20,234 nucleotides of DNA from Candidatus Zhuqueibacterota bacterium (GTDB taxonomy: Bacteria; Zhuqueibacterota; Zhuqueibacteria; Thermofontimicrobiales; Thiofontviventaceae), in assembly GCA_016931935.1 (NCBI GenBank), contig JAFGDW010000115.1:1-20234 (forward strand). Direction: 5' to 3'. The notes beneath the pieces are model-generated. The model was given only the letters and a program-made list of their open reading frames with translations. It ran no database searches and had not been told where the DNA came from. Below, in pieces: positions 8,994 to 18,210 of this stretch. Position 1 is the first letter of the stretch. The number at the start of each line of letters is the position of its first letter. The translations under genes and the position numbers were made by a program.

Positions 8994-9064
8994 ATGCTTC
9001 GACTTCGCTCAGCATGAAATTTTGCGGTCACTTCACACTGAGCGAAGTCGAAGTGTGAAAGCAT
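8994..9064 (+). repeat. structured non-coding element A: a 16-bp perfect inverted repeat (CTTCGACTTCGCTCAG 8997-9012 / CTGAGCGAAGTCGAAG 9038-9053) around a 25-nt spacer, inside a ~45-nt core (9012-9056) that recurs in inverted orientation at 20090-20131
   Basis: Read directly. The outer ATGC/GCAT flanks also pair. It lies 100 nt after the exonuclease stop and 160 nt before the NUDIX start. Confidence 0.55.
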
Positions 9065-9225
9065 AAGTATAAATTATAACAACCCTCTTGTATTGATCGG
9101 ATACCTTTAATTGATACAAATAACCAATTTTTATAGTGTCTTATATATTCTTTCCGATAGAAGTGCGTAGCACGTTTTCGCAAAAATGTAAAAGTTACAT
9201 TTATACTTTGAGAGGAGCATCCGAC

Positions 9226-9855
9226 ATGCCCCAGGACATCGATTCCCAATGGCTAAAATGGGCACGTGAAATTCAGGCGTTGGGCCAAATTGGCCTGACA
9301 TATTGCACGAACGAATATGAACGCGAGCGCAATCAACGGCTGGTGGAAATTGCCGCCGAAATGGGCGAGGTGCATGGCAAACTCGACAAAGATGTGCTGC
9401 TGGAACACTTCAATAAGCAGGTTGGTTATGCGACCCCCAAAATTGACGTGCGTGCTGCCGTGATTCAGGATGGAAATATACTGCTGGTTCAGGAAAGCGC
9501 TGATCAGCGCTGGTGTATGCCCGGTGGTTGGGCTGATATCGGTGAAGAGCCATCGCTGGCAGTGGAGCGCGAAGTGTGGGAAGAGAGCGGTTTTAAGGTG
9601 AAAGCCCGTAAAGTTATCGGAGTTTTCGATGCGAATCGTGTGGGACGTCCGTTACCGTTTTACCATGCGTACAAAATCGTGTTTTTATGTGACGTGCTTG
9701 GCGGCGAAGCGACACCCAGTCATGAAACACTGGATGTACGATTTTTTGGATTTGATAATATCCCGCCGTTATCGCGAAACCGAACCAATGAAATACATTT
9801 AGCTGAAATTACCGAACATTTAAACAATCCGCAGCGAGCGACATTTTTCAACTGA
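9226..9855 (+). CDS. NUDIX hydrolase with a Nudix N-terminal helical domain
   Basis: Nudix box GGWADIGEEPSLAVEREVWEESGF (G-x5-E-x7-REUxEExGU). N-terminal WLKWAREIQALGQIGLTYCTNEYERERNQRLVEIAAEM. Strong SD AGAGGAG at 9211-9217, 8 nt before the ATG at 9226. The ORF-track start at 9136 has no SD and precedes the domain. Confidence 0.85.
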   Translation: MPQDIDSQWLKWAREIQALGQIGLTYCTNEYERERNQRLVEIAAEMGEVHGKLDKDVLLEHFNKQVGYATPKIDVRAAVIQDGNILLVQESADQRWCMPGGWADIGEEPSLAVEREVWEESGFKVKARKVIGVFDANRVGRPLPFYHAYKIVFLCDVLGGEATPSHETLDVRFFGFDNIPPLSRNRTNEIHLAEITEHLNNPQRATFFN

Positions 9856-10013
9856 GAAAGGCTAAAATTTCAGGAATTCGTACATGATAGCAGAAATGTG
9901 TTTGAACACTACTGAAAAATTTTCCCATTCCACCGATTGTTCAAGCAATTTGCGGCAATGCCGATGTATTTAGTTTGAATAAAAAAAGAATAAATAAAAT
10001 AGAAAGGCAGCCA

Positions 10014-10850
10014 ATGTTAAAACGGATGTTAGTGTTGCTCGAAGAGCAAGATATGTCCCGGGCGGCAATAGAGTATGGAGTTCATTTGGCCAGCTCGGGA
10101 AATATAACATTATCCGCACTAAGTGTTGTGGATATTCCGTCCATTGAAAAATCGATTGGACCAGTACCTATGGGCGCCAGTTATTATGCTCAAAAAGAAG
10201 AAGAACAGCGCGCTGAACAGGAAAAACGTGTGCTTACAAAAATTGAGCAAGAATTTAAAGCGTTGTGCGAAAAGGAAGGAATTCACCATACCTGTATGTT
10301 ACGTGAAGGTAAAGGAGAAGAAATTATTTTAGATGAAACAAAATATCATGACATGTTGATTATGGGGTACGAAACATCAATCAAATTTGGTCCGGGTAGA
10401 GATACATCTTTACAGCGCCATTTGATTAGCCATGGTATTAATCCAACGTTACTTATACCAAATACATACCATGAAATAAATAACATTCTGCTTTGCTATG
10501 ATGGCAGTGTACAGGCGACGAAAACGATACATGAATTCGTTCAGTTTGGAATTTGGAAAGAACGTGATGTTACACTGCTTACCGTTCAGAAGGAAAAAGA
10601 TAAGGAAACAGGAGAGTACTTACTCGAACGTATGGGCGAGTATATGGGGGCGTGCTGCAACGTGCGGTTTAAAAGTGTATGTTTGATTGGCAATCCGCAT
10701 CAGGAAATTTTAGAGTATTCGGAAAAAGAGAATATGGACATGCTGGTGATGGGCGCATTTGGAAAGCACGTGATCCATAATTTCTTTTTCGGGAGTACAA
10801 TCGATAAATTCCTGAAAAAAGCAAACAAACCAATATTCATCTATCATTAA
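10014..10850 (+). CDS. tandem universal stress protein (two UspA domains)
   Basis: Two USP-like halves. Each starts with a (V/L)LLxxD..S motif and ends with a G-rich ATP-binding stretch (MLIMGYETS; MLVMGAFGKHVIHNFFFGSTIDKFLKKANKPIFIYH). First ATG at 10014 with SD GAAAGG 6 nt upstream. The ORF-track start at 9975 is TTG. Confidence 0.75.
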   Translation: MLKRMLVLLEEQDMSRAAIEYGVHLASSGNITLSALSVVDIPSIEKSIGPVPMGASYYAQKEEEQRAEQEKRVLTKIEQEFKALCEKEGIHHTCMLREGKGEEIILDETKYHDMLIMGYETSIKFGPGRDTSLQRHLISHGINPTLLIPNTYHEINNILLCYDGSVQATKTIHEFVQFGIWKERDVTLLTVQKEKDKETGEYLLERMGEYMGACCNVRFKSVCLIGNPHQEILEYSEKENMDMLVMGAFGKHVIHNFFFGSTIDKFLKKANKPIFIYH

Positions 10851-10882
10851 TGAATATGAACAACCTGGAGTAACATTTACAT

Positions 10883-12481
10883 ATGAGAATAATACGAAAT
10901 CGAATACTGTTGCTGCTTATTTTGACGTTTCTGATTGGGATTGCAGGGATTGCAAGAGCCTCAGTTGCAGCAGAATCACACAAAAATGAGGCCAACCAAC
11001 AGGCCGATTCACAGCACCAAAATTCAGATATTGCGGAACCGCAGGGTAATCAAAAGATTCACGGAGATAGCTCCGTTCAGCATGCAAAAATGGGCGGAAG
11101 TCATGGCAGTGAATCCACCCATCACGAGAGCACATTGGGGAAAGAACTCCCGATCTGGAGTGCCTTGCCGTTCGCTGGCATTTTACTATCGATTGCCCTG
11201 ATGCCAATTTTATTGCCGCATTTCTGGCATCATCATTTTGGCAAAGTTGCGGCATTTTGGGCAACGGCATTTGCTGTACCGTTTATCCTTAAGTTCGGGC
11301 ACGAGGCAATTTACGAAATTTTACATATATACCTTGCAGATTATATCCCGTTTATTATTCTATTATGGGCGCTCTTTACCATTTCCGGTGGTATTCTTGT
11401 GGAAGGAACGCTAAAAGGGAAGCCCGCCTTGAATACACTTTTGTTATTCATCGGCACTATGATCGCCTCCTGGGTCGGGACCACCGGCGCATCGATGCTG
11501 CTTATTCGTCCGATGCTTCGCGCTAATGCAGAACGTAAAAACAAGATTCATATTGTCATATTTTTCATTTTCCTGATTAGCAATATTGGCGGCTCATTGA
11601 CTCCGTTAGGCGATCCGCCCTTGTTTTTGGGATTTCTACATCACGTGCCGTTTTTTTGGACGCTAAAATTGATCGTCCCGATGATGTTTGTGTGTAGTAT
11701 TTTATGGGGACTATTTTTTATTATTGATACAATTCTATATCGCCGTGAACAACGTGGCGAAATCGTCGCCGAGCAGCAACATACGACTGTCACCACACCG
11801 TTACGGATTCGTGGATTAATTAATCTTGTTTTCCTGCTTGGCGTTATTGGTGGTGTTCTGATGAGCGGTTTGGTAAAGCTGGGCAGTGTTAATATCTTTG
11901 GGGTTCACGTCGCCATCCAGAACATCCTGCGTGATGTCATATTAATTTTGATGGGCTTGCTGTCGCTTAAATATACGTCAAAAGAAATCCGCAAAGGAAA
12001 TGGATTTACATGGTTTCCTATCCAGGAAGTTGCCTATTTGTTCGCCGGAATATTTATGTGTATCATTCCGGCGCTCGCTATGCTTAAAGCTGGAACAGAT
12101 GGGGCATTAGGAGCGATAATTCAGGCTGTGCAGTCACCTTCGGATTATTTTTGGATCACTGGTGCGCTATCCAGTTTTCTGGATAATGCACCGACTTATC
12201 TGACATTTTTAAATACTCAGCTTGGTAATTTCTTCCCTGGATTACCTGAAGCCCAGGCTGTCTCATTACTCGTGTCTGAAAAAGCAACATACCTGATGGC
12301 ATTATCTGCCGGCGCAGTGTTTATGGGCGCCAATACATACATTGGGAATGCTCCCAATTTTATGGTCAAGGCGATTGCCGAAGAAAATGGAATAAAAATG
12401 CCAGGATTTTTTGGGTATATGCTTTATTCCATCGCAATTTTAATACCGACGTTTGCGCTGGTGTCGATGGTGTTTTTTTAA
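10883..12481 (+). CDS. ion transporter of the ArsB/NhaD (sodium:proton antiporter-like) permease superfamily with an N-terminal signal peptide plus His-rich extension
   Basis: 532-aa polytopic membrane protein. Family-like blocks include WSALPFAGILLSIALMPILLPHFWHHHFGKV, GGSLTPLGDPPLFLGFL and IGNAPNFMVKAIAEENG. Residues 1-26 look like a signal peptide. Residues ~30-90 are hydrophilic and His-rich (SHK, SQHQ, IHG, QHAK, SHGSESTHHES). It starts 33 nt after the USP gene. Confidence 0.7.
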   Translation: MRIIRNRILLLLILTFLIGIAGIARASVAAESHKNEANQQADSQHQNSDIAEPQGNQKIHGDSSVQHAKMGGSHGSESTHHESTLGKELPIWSALPFAGILLSIALMPILLPHFWHHHFGKVAAFWATAFAVPFILKFGHEAIYEILHIYLADYIPFIILLWALFTISGGILVEGTLKGKPALNTLLLFIGTMIASWVGTTGASMLLIRPMLRANAERKNKIHIVIFFIFLISNIGGSLTPLGDPPLFLGFLHHVPFFWTLKLIVPMMFVCSILWGLFFIIDTILYRREQRGEIVAEQQHTTVTTPLRIRGLINLVFLLGVIGGVLMSGLVKLGSVNIFGVHVAIQNILRDVILILMGLLSLKYTSKEIRKGNGFTWFPIQEVAYLFAGIFMCIIPALAMLKAGTDGALGAIIQAVQSPSDYFWITGALSSFLDNAPTYLTFLNTQLGNFFPGLPEAQAVSLLVSEKATYLMALSAGAVFMGANTYIGNAPNFMVKAIAEENGIKMPGFFGYMLYSIAILIPTFALVSMVFF

Positions 12482-12497
12482 AATTCATAACCAATTA

Positions 12498-12539
12498 GAA
12501 TGGCCAAATACGTAGTTGAATTTATGGATTTGGCCATTC
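12498..12539 (+). terminator. 12-bp perfect inverted repeat GAATGGCCAAAT / ATTTGGCCATTC with an 18-nt loop, 17 nt after the transporter stop; terminator-like, no U-tract
   Basis: Read directly from the sequence. Confidence 0.5.
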
Positions 12540-12846
12540 AATCCCCAATACACCTTCAAGTATAGTATCCCGACTATTACATTTGATCTTCCAGCTTTCT
12601 AAATCCAATTACGAAAAATTATTCCTTCATATAAATGCTAATCAGCATTCAACCAATTGACATGTTGCAATAATGTATTTCAACTTCCATCAAAATTTGA
12701 CGATACATTTTTTGATCATTGATGACGTATGCAAATAGTGAATATGCCCAATCTATTTTATATCAATATATGAACTCGCTCTAAAAAAAACTTTGCGAAT
12801 TTACTAATTTACACAAATTGAATTTATTGAGATTAGTAAGTTCTTT

Positions 12847-12873
12847 TTTCGTGTATTTCGAGTGTTTCGTGGT
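12847..12873. repeat. three tandem direct repeats TTTCGtGtA TTTCGaGtG TTTCGtGgT with an exact 9-bp period
   Basis: TTTCG at 12847, 12856 and 12865. They lie 180 nt upstream of the outer-membrane-protein gene. Confidence 0.55.
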
Positions 12874-13052
12874 TTATAGAATGGATTCATATATACAATA
12901 CTGTCACGACATCGATCTGATAGTAAATCATTCAACAATGATGTTTTTAATTCTTGGTTCAATAGTCCATAAAATTATGACTGTGAATTAATATCAACTC
13001 TACACTAAATAAACTTCCAGATCAACATTTATTACTACTAACAGGAGAACTC

Positions 13053-13820
13053 ATGAAAAGGTGTCTATACTTTGTATCCATTTGTATTTTGCTGTTACCG
13101 TTACTCCTTTTAGCCCAGGAATCTCAGGATAATAGTGCAAATTCCTCAAAATCAAATCACTGGGAATCATCAATGGATATTGGTGCAGCAATTTACTCCG
13201 GGAACGTGGATAAACAGGATCTACGTGGATTATTCTCGATTATCCGTAAAGATGAGTTACTTGATTTCTCACTGGATCTAAAGAGTGTACTAAGCAAAGT
13301 TGACAAAGCGACAAAAAATAAAGAGTATAGTTTATCATTGAAAGTCGACTATATGCCTAAAAGAAAATTGACACCATTTGTATTATTTAATGCCTATCAA
13401 AATATTCCAAAAGGGTACGACTCCCGGTACGGTGGATATTTAGGGGCCAAGTGGGTTTTATATAAAAATGAAGGTGCAAATTATTCGTTAAGCGCTGCTT
13501 ATTTATTTGAAGAAGAAAATTTCACTACCGAGGAACAAAACGATGCATCAAAAAAAAGTGCAAGTAAACTATCGGTTCGGCCTAAAATAACACAAAGTAT
13601 TAGTGATGCGGCGACATTTGATATGATCGCATTTTATGTTCCTTCATTTGATGATTTTAAGGATTATCGGTTTGACCTCGATGCCGGAATTGAAAGCAAA
13701 CTCACAGCGAAAATATTTATGAAATGTGCATATACATTGAATTATGTAAATCTACCACCGCTGGCTGATATTGCGAAAACGGATCAGGCGTTGGTAATGT
13801 CAATTGTATTTAAATTTTGA
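13053..13820 (+). CDS. outer-membrane beta-barrel protein, possibly DUF481/YdiY-like
   Basis: Signal peptide MKRCLYFVSICILLLPLLLLAQ. Alternating-hydrophobic strands. C-terminal aromatic residue (…MSIVFKF). SD AGGAG 5 nt upstream. The family assignment is tentative. Confidence 0.55.
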   Translation: MKRCLYFVSICILLLPLLLLAQESQDNSANSSKSNHWESSMDIGAAIYSGNVDKQDLRGLFSIIRKDELLDFSLDLKSVLSKVDKATKNKEYSLSLKVDYMPKRKLTPFVLFNAYQNIPKGYDSRYGGYLGAKWVLYKNEGANYSLSAAYLFEEENFTTEEQNDASKKSASKLSVRPKITQSISDAATFDMIAFYVPSFDDFKDYRFDLDAGIESKLTAKIFMKCAYTLNYVNLPPLADIAKTDQALVMSIVFKF

Positions 13821-13903
13821 GACTTTTGTCCGGTTATCGGAAATAGTAATTCTTTATTCAAACCGACTAAATCTATTAACCCAGATACTAAACAGGATAG
13901 CTT

Positions 13904-14113
13904 ATGGACTATGTGTTTTACGGAAGTATTTATCTGGCGCTGGCAATTGTTAGTGGCTGGTGTGGCAGACAGCGGCGGATTGGTTTTTGGGGATTTTTAT
14001 TTGCGTCGATTGTTTTCACACCCTTAATTAGTTTGTTGTTTATTTACTTCGCATCACCTAAAAAAAGTGTGAAATCCGCAATATCCAAAAGTAAGGAAGC
14101 CTTAAGCGTATGA
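13904..14113 (+). CDS. small membrane protein (69 aa, two predicted TM helices, basic C-terminal tail), translationally coupled to the downstream ABC exporter
   Basis: Its TGA stop overlaps the ATG of the next gene (ATGA at 14110-14113). It has its own SD-like AGGA 7 nt upstream. I recognise no family. Confidence 0.5.
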   Translation: MDYVFYGSIYLALAIVSGWCGRQRRIGFWGFLFASIVFTPLISLLFIYFASPKKSVKSAISKSKEALSV

Positions 14114-15849
14114 TGTCCTTTTTTAAATTAATGCGCTTCCTGTTGAGAGAATCGTCTGAATTACGAATGCAGTTTTTTGTCTATATCATCATCGCAGGAC
14201 TTTCCCAGACTCTATTGCTAGTGATTATCAACGATGCAACTGCACAGGCAATTCAGGGTACGGTTCGTATGCAGGTATTTCTGCTGTTCATTACGACACT
14301 TTTACTTTATGTTTTAGCCCAGAATTTTCTAATGCGTCGATTTATGAATATTGTGGAAAATATCAAAGAGAAAATTCGAAATCGTTTGGCAGGGAAAATC
14401 AGAGAAGCAGACTGTTATAAGCTGGAAAAGCTGAATACATCAGAAATTTATGCCACAATCGTCAAGGAAACGGCATATATCACACAAATGTCGCCTCGGT
14501 TTATCTCGGGCATTCAATGTTTTGTTATGCTCGTCTGCACAATGATATATATCGCCTGGCTGTCTCCGATTGCATTTTTGTTGGTGGCTTCGGCGATAAC
14601 GTTCCAAATCGTTTACATGTTTATTAGTGACAAAAAAACATGGGTTGCGTTTGAAAAATCCAACGAGGCGGAAGTTGATTTGTTGACAGGACTGACAAAT
14701 GTTTTGCACGGTTTCAAACAGATCAAGCTTAGTCAGAAAAAAGGTGATAGCGTACTTGCAGATGTTTCTGAGACGGCCTCCCGTGACAGAAGTTTGAAAA
14801 TTACTGCCCTGGAAAAATACCTGGGAAATTTTGTCATGATGCTGGTGTTTTTCTATCTGCTTATTGGCTTGCTCCTGTTTGTGCTAAACTCGTTTTCAGC
14901 AACCCTGACGCCAGTGCTGATTAAGTTGATTACCAGCATCCTGTTTTTAGCTGATCCATTATGGGGATTAATTGAACTATCTACCAAAATGGTGCAAATA
15001 AGCGTGTCGGTCGATACCATCTATCATCTGGAGAAGAAGCTCGATGCAGTCAGCGATGGTATCGACAAGAACGATGAATATGCAATTCAACCGGATTTCC
15101 GAACCATTAAATTTAAAGATGTGGTATTCAACCATCGTGACTACGATAACGAGACTACTTTCCAGGTTGGTCCCGTAAACATGGAAATAAATCGGGGGGA
15201 AGTTACATTTATTGTAGGTGGAAATGGCAGTGGGAAATCCACATTTATCAAGCTGCTTACGGCACTTTATTTCCCCGATTCCGGTCAAATGCAAGTCGAT
15301 GATATGGTGCTGACGAAAGAGAACGTCCAATCCTATCGGGAAATGTTTGCCATTATTTTAACGGATTTTCATTTATTCGATAAAATGCATGGCATTAATA
15401 ATGTGTATCCGGGCATGGTGCAACAACTTTTGCGAACATTTGGTCTGGAAAATAAAACCGCATATAAAGGCAACCGGTTTACAAATCTTTCGCTATCAAC
15501 CGGACAGCGTTCCCGGCTGGCAATGATTATTGCCTATCTTGAAGATAAAGATATTTATGTGTTTGATGAGTGGGCAGCCGATCAGGATTCTAATTTCCGC
15601 AGCTATTTTTATGAACATATGCTCACAGATCTCAAAGCCCGTGGCAAAACCGTGATTGCTGTGACTCACGACAATGACTATTTCCATGTTGCTGATCGCG
15701 TGTTCACAATGGAAATGGGGCAATTTGTTGATAAATCACCGGAACTTATCGCAGAAGAGCGCCGTCGTCGACAACGCGTTACGGAAGTAAATGGCGGTCC
15801 GGATGTCTGGCACACTACAAAATATAAACTGGTTACGCCAACCAAATGA
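14110..15849 (+). CDS. ABC exporter (fused TMD-NBD) of the YojI/SyrD/PvdE cyclic-peptide transporter family
   Basis: About six N-terminal TM helices. Walker A GGNGSGKST. Signature LSTGQRSRL. Atypical Walker B region FDEWAADQDSNFR, as in YojI-type transporters. H-loop AVTHDNDYFHVADR. FAIILTDFHLFD block. Confidence 0.88.
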   Translation: MMSFFKLMRFLLRESSELRMQFFVYIIIAGLSQTLLLVIINDATAQAIQGTVRMQVFLLFITTLLLYVLAQNFLMRRFMNIVENIKEKIRNRLAGKIREADCYKLEKLNTSEIYATIVKETAYITQMSPRFISGIQCFVMLVCTMIYIAWLSPIAFLLVASAITFQIVYMFISDKKTWVAFEKSNEAEVDLLTGLTNVLHGFKQIKLSQKKGDSVLADVSETASRDRSLKITALEKYLGNFVMMLVFFYLLIGLLLFVLNSFSATLTPVLIKLITSILFLADPLWGLIELSTKMVQISVSVDTIYHLEKKLDAVSDGIDKNDEYAIQPDFRTIKFKDVVFNHRDYDNETTFQVGPVNMEINRGEVTFIVGGNGSGKSTFIKLLTALYFPDSGQMQVDDMVLTKENVQSYREMFAIILTDFHLFDKMHGINNVYPGMVQQLLRTFGLENKTAYKGNRFTNLSLSTGQRSRLAMIIAYLEDKDIYVFDEWAADQDSNFRSYFYEHMLTDLKARGKTVIAVTHDNDYFHVADRVFTMEMGQFVDKSPELIAEERRRRQRVTEVNGGPDVWHTTKYKLVTPTK

Positions 15850-16078
15850 GATGGTTTGTAATTGTGTCCGTTTTAAAGGATTATAGTGGAGCCGTATTAA
15901 GGCGCTGTTCAACAATAAAATTGCAAAATAATCAAGTCAGAGAAACTTGTCACTACTTCAGTTTCATGAGTAATCGGTTTTTTTGAATAGATAATCAGGA
16001 TTTGTTTTAAAATTCATCAATCGCAAGCAGTTGGAATGTCCTCATAGATTGAACCGTAGTAGAAATTAAAATGGTGAA

Positions 16079-16957
16079 ATGACAAGGTTGACGGATATGG
16101 AAAATGTGCAGGAAAAAATGGAGTTAAAAGAGAAATTATTGAAACGATTTGGAAATCATCTGAAACGAAGCGCACAAACAATTATTGTTGTCACATTAAT
16201 TGTACTTATTATTTGTTTGGTTCTCTGGCAGCGCGTGGTCATTTCCATTGGCTCGGGAGAAGCCGGTGTACTCTGGCAGCGATTTAATGGTACTGTGATT
16301 GACCGTTATTTTGATGAAGGCATTCATATTATCAGTCCATTGGACAAGATGTATATATATAACATCCGGAATCAGGAGGTAAAGGATTCGCTCGATGTGC
16401 TCTCGGTAAACGGATTGACCATTCATCTGTATTTATCTGTCCGATATCATCCGCATGTCGATATCTTGCCCATTTTACATAAAGAGGTTGGCCCGGATTA
16501 TGTTCAGGTGGTTGTATTACCTGAAATTGAGGCCGTAGTTCGCACCATTATAGGGCAATATAAGCCGGAAGAATTGTATACCGCCCAAAAAGCTATCGCA
16601 GAACAGCTTTATTCCGAATCGTTCAAGCAGGTGGAAGAGCGTTACATTGCATTGGATGACATATTGATCAAACGGATACGGCTTCCTGAAAAAATCAAGG
16701 TGGCAATTGAATCCAAATTGGAGCAGCAACAACTGGCACAGGAATACGAATTCCGGTTACTTCGTGAACAAAAGGAGGCGATGCGAAAGAAAGTCGAAGC
16801 TGATGGTATTGCTGTTTTTTCCAAATGTCTGAGTGATCAGGTGCTAAAGTGGCATGGTATTAAAGCTACCGAAGAACTGGCAAAATCTCCGAATAGCAAA
16901 ATTATAGTGATTGGTTCGGGTAGTAAGGAAATGCCGATTATTCTTGGGGGACAATAA
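16079..16957 (+). CDS. SPFH/band-7 (prohibitin/HflC-like) membrane protein
   Basis: N-terminal TM (IIVVTLIVLIICLVLW), then an SPFH-like domain and a coiled-coil-rich C-terminus (QQQLAQEYEFRLLREQKEAMRKKVEADGIAV). Alternative in-frame ATGs at 16097 and 16118 are possible starts. Confidence 0.75.
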   Translation: MTRLTDMENVQEKMELKEKLLKRFGNHLKRSAQTIIVVTLIVLIICLVLWQRVVISIGSGEAGVLWQRFNGTVIDRYFDEGIHIISPLDKMYIYNIRNQEVKDSLDVLSVNGLTIHLYLSVRYHPHVDILPILHKEVGPDYVQVVVLPEIEAVVRTIIGQYKPEELYTAQKAIAEQLYSESFKQVEERYIALDDILIKRIRLPEKIKVAIESKLEQQQLAQEYEFRLLREQKEAMRKKVEADGIAVFSKCLSDQVLKWHGIKATEELAKSPNSKIIVIGSGSKEMPIILGGQ

Positions 16958-16959
16958 GA

Positions 16960-18210
16960 ATGAAACGATTCAATACCTGGCTGCAACACTCCGGTCAGAT
17001 TCTGATTCTTACAAGTTTGATAATCTCCGGTTGTAGTAGTATCGATTCGAATGCCCATAAGCGGATCGAGAAATCCCTGACCAATCAGGGGGATATCGTT
17101 GTTGGGTTGGTTTGGCCTTCGGAAATTCGCAAAGGTTATTTTGTTCAGGGCGCTCAATTAGCGGTCGAAGAAATTAACGAAACCGGACTGTTAGGACGAA
17201 AGATTCGCCTGGTAATTCGGGATGATGGCAACAACAAAAAAAAGGCACGGAATATTGCACTGGAGTTTTCCAAAAATACTGATATGATCGCTGTGGTCGG
17301 GCACAATGCATCGGGAGTAACGCTGCCTGTTTCGGTTATCTACAATTACAGCGGCTTGCTATTTATTAATACTGCATCAACAAATAGCACGTTGACGCGA
17401 CACAATCTGGATATGTTTTTCCGGATTATTCCTGATAACCAGGAATTTGCCAAAAAAGTTGTTGAGTATACCTATCTCATGGGGTACCGAAAACCTGTGA
17501 TCGTTTATGTTCGCGGGTATTATGGTAAAGATCTGTCAAACATGTATCAAACATACCTCGGGCGTCTGGAAGTGCCAATCGTTCATATCTTTTCCTATTT
17601 TTCGGGATCAGATGACTGGCGAGAAATTTTTCGGGATTTTAAAAACCTGGATTACGACATTGTTTTTCTGGCTGGGTCTGTGCCTGAAGCCGCCCATTTT
17701 ATTAATCAGGCACGCGCCTGGGGCATTACAACCCCTTTTATCGGTTCGGATGGATTTGATACCAACCTGTTATTGAATATCGGAAAAGCCAGCGTTGAGG
17801 GATCAATGTACTGCGGTGTATTTAATCCGGAGAATCCCCGGGCAATTACCCAATTTTTTGTAGAAAAATTTAAGCGTAAGTATAACCGCTCACCGGATAC
17901 TGAAGCGGCTCAGGCATTCGATGCATTGAAGCTGCTGGCATTTATCATCCACAAATCACAGTCGGTTAATCCTGAGGTGCTGGCGTCTAATCTGATATTT
18001 GTAGAAAAGTGGGAAGGAGTAACCGGGTATCACACTTTTACCAGAAATGGAGATGTGGTTGACAAAACGATCTACTTCAAAAAAATTGAAAAACAAAAAC
18101 AATGCATCGTCGATATTGATGAGAATAAAATAACAGAAGTTGAAAAAATTATTGGAGGATACCATGAAGCAGCAAAAGAGTCGGCCGAGAAAACAATCGG
18201 CAGTGACTGA
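16960..18210 (+). CDS. lipoprotein, periplasmic-binding-protein type 1 (LivJ/Leu-Ile-Val-binding-like ligand-binding protein) with no cognate permease or ATPase
   Basis: Lipobox LIISGC. The fold pattern starts IVVGLVWP…GAQLAVEEIN…GRKIRLVIRDD…IAVVGHNASG, typical of Peripla_BP_6/ANF-receptor proteins. The ATG is 2 nt after the SPFH stop. Confidence 0.72.
   Translation: MKRFNTWLQHSGQILILTSLIISGCSSIDSNAHKRIEKSLTNQGDIVVGLVWPSEIRKGYFVQGAQLAVEEINETGLLGRKIRLVIRDDGNNKKKARNIALEFSKNTDMIAVVGHNASGVTLPVSVIYNYSGLLFINTASTNSTLTRHNLDMFFRIIPDNQEFAKKVVEYTYLMGYRKPVIVYVRGYYGKDLSNMYQTYLGRLEVPIVHIFSYFSGSDDWREIFRDFKNLDYDIVFLAGSVPEAAHFINQARAWGITTPFIGSDGFDTNLLLNIGKASVEGSMYCGVFNPENPRAITQFFVEKFKRKYNRSPDTEAAQAFDALKLLAFIIHKSQSVNPEVLASNLIFVEKWEGVTGYHTFTRNGDVVDKTIYFKKIEKQKQCIVDIDENKITEVEKIIGGYHEAAKESAEKTIGSD

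Noticed and set aside
10123-10686. The + strand ORFs 10123-10332 and 10498-10686 inside the USP gene, and 10935-11201 inside the transporter.
   Set aside because: They are alternative frames of well-supported genes. They are lysine/arginine-rich as expected from frame-shifted AT-rich coding sequence.
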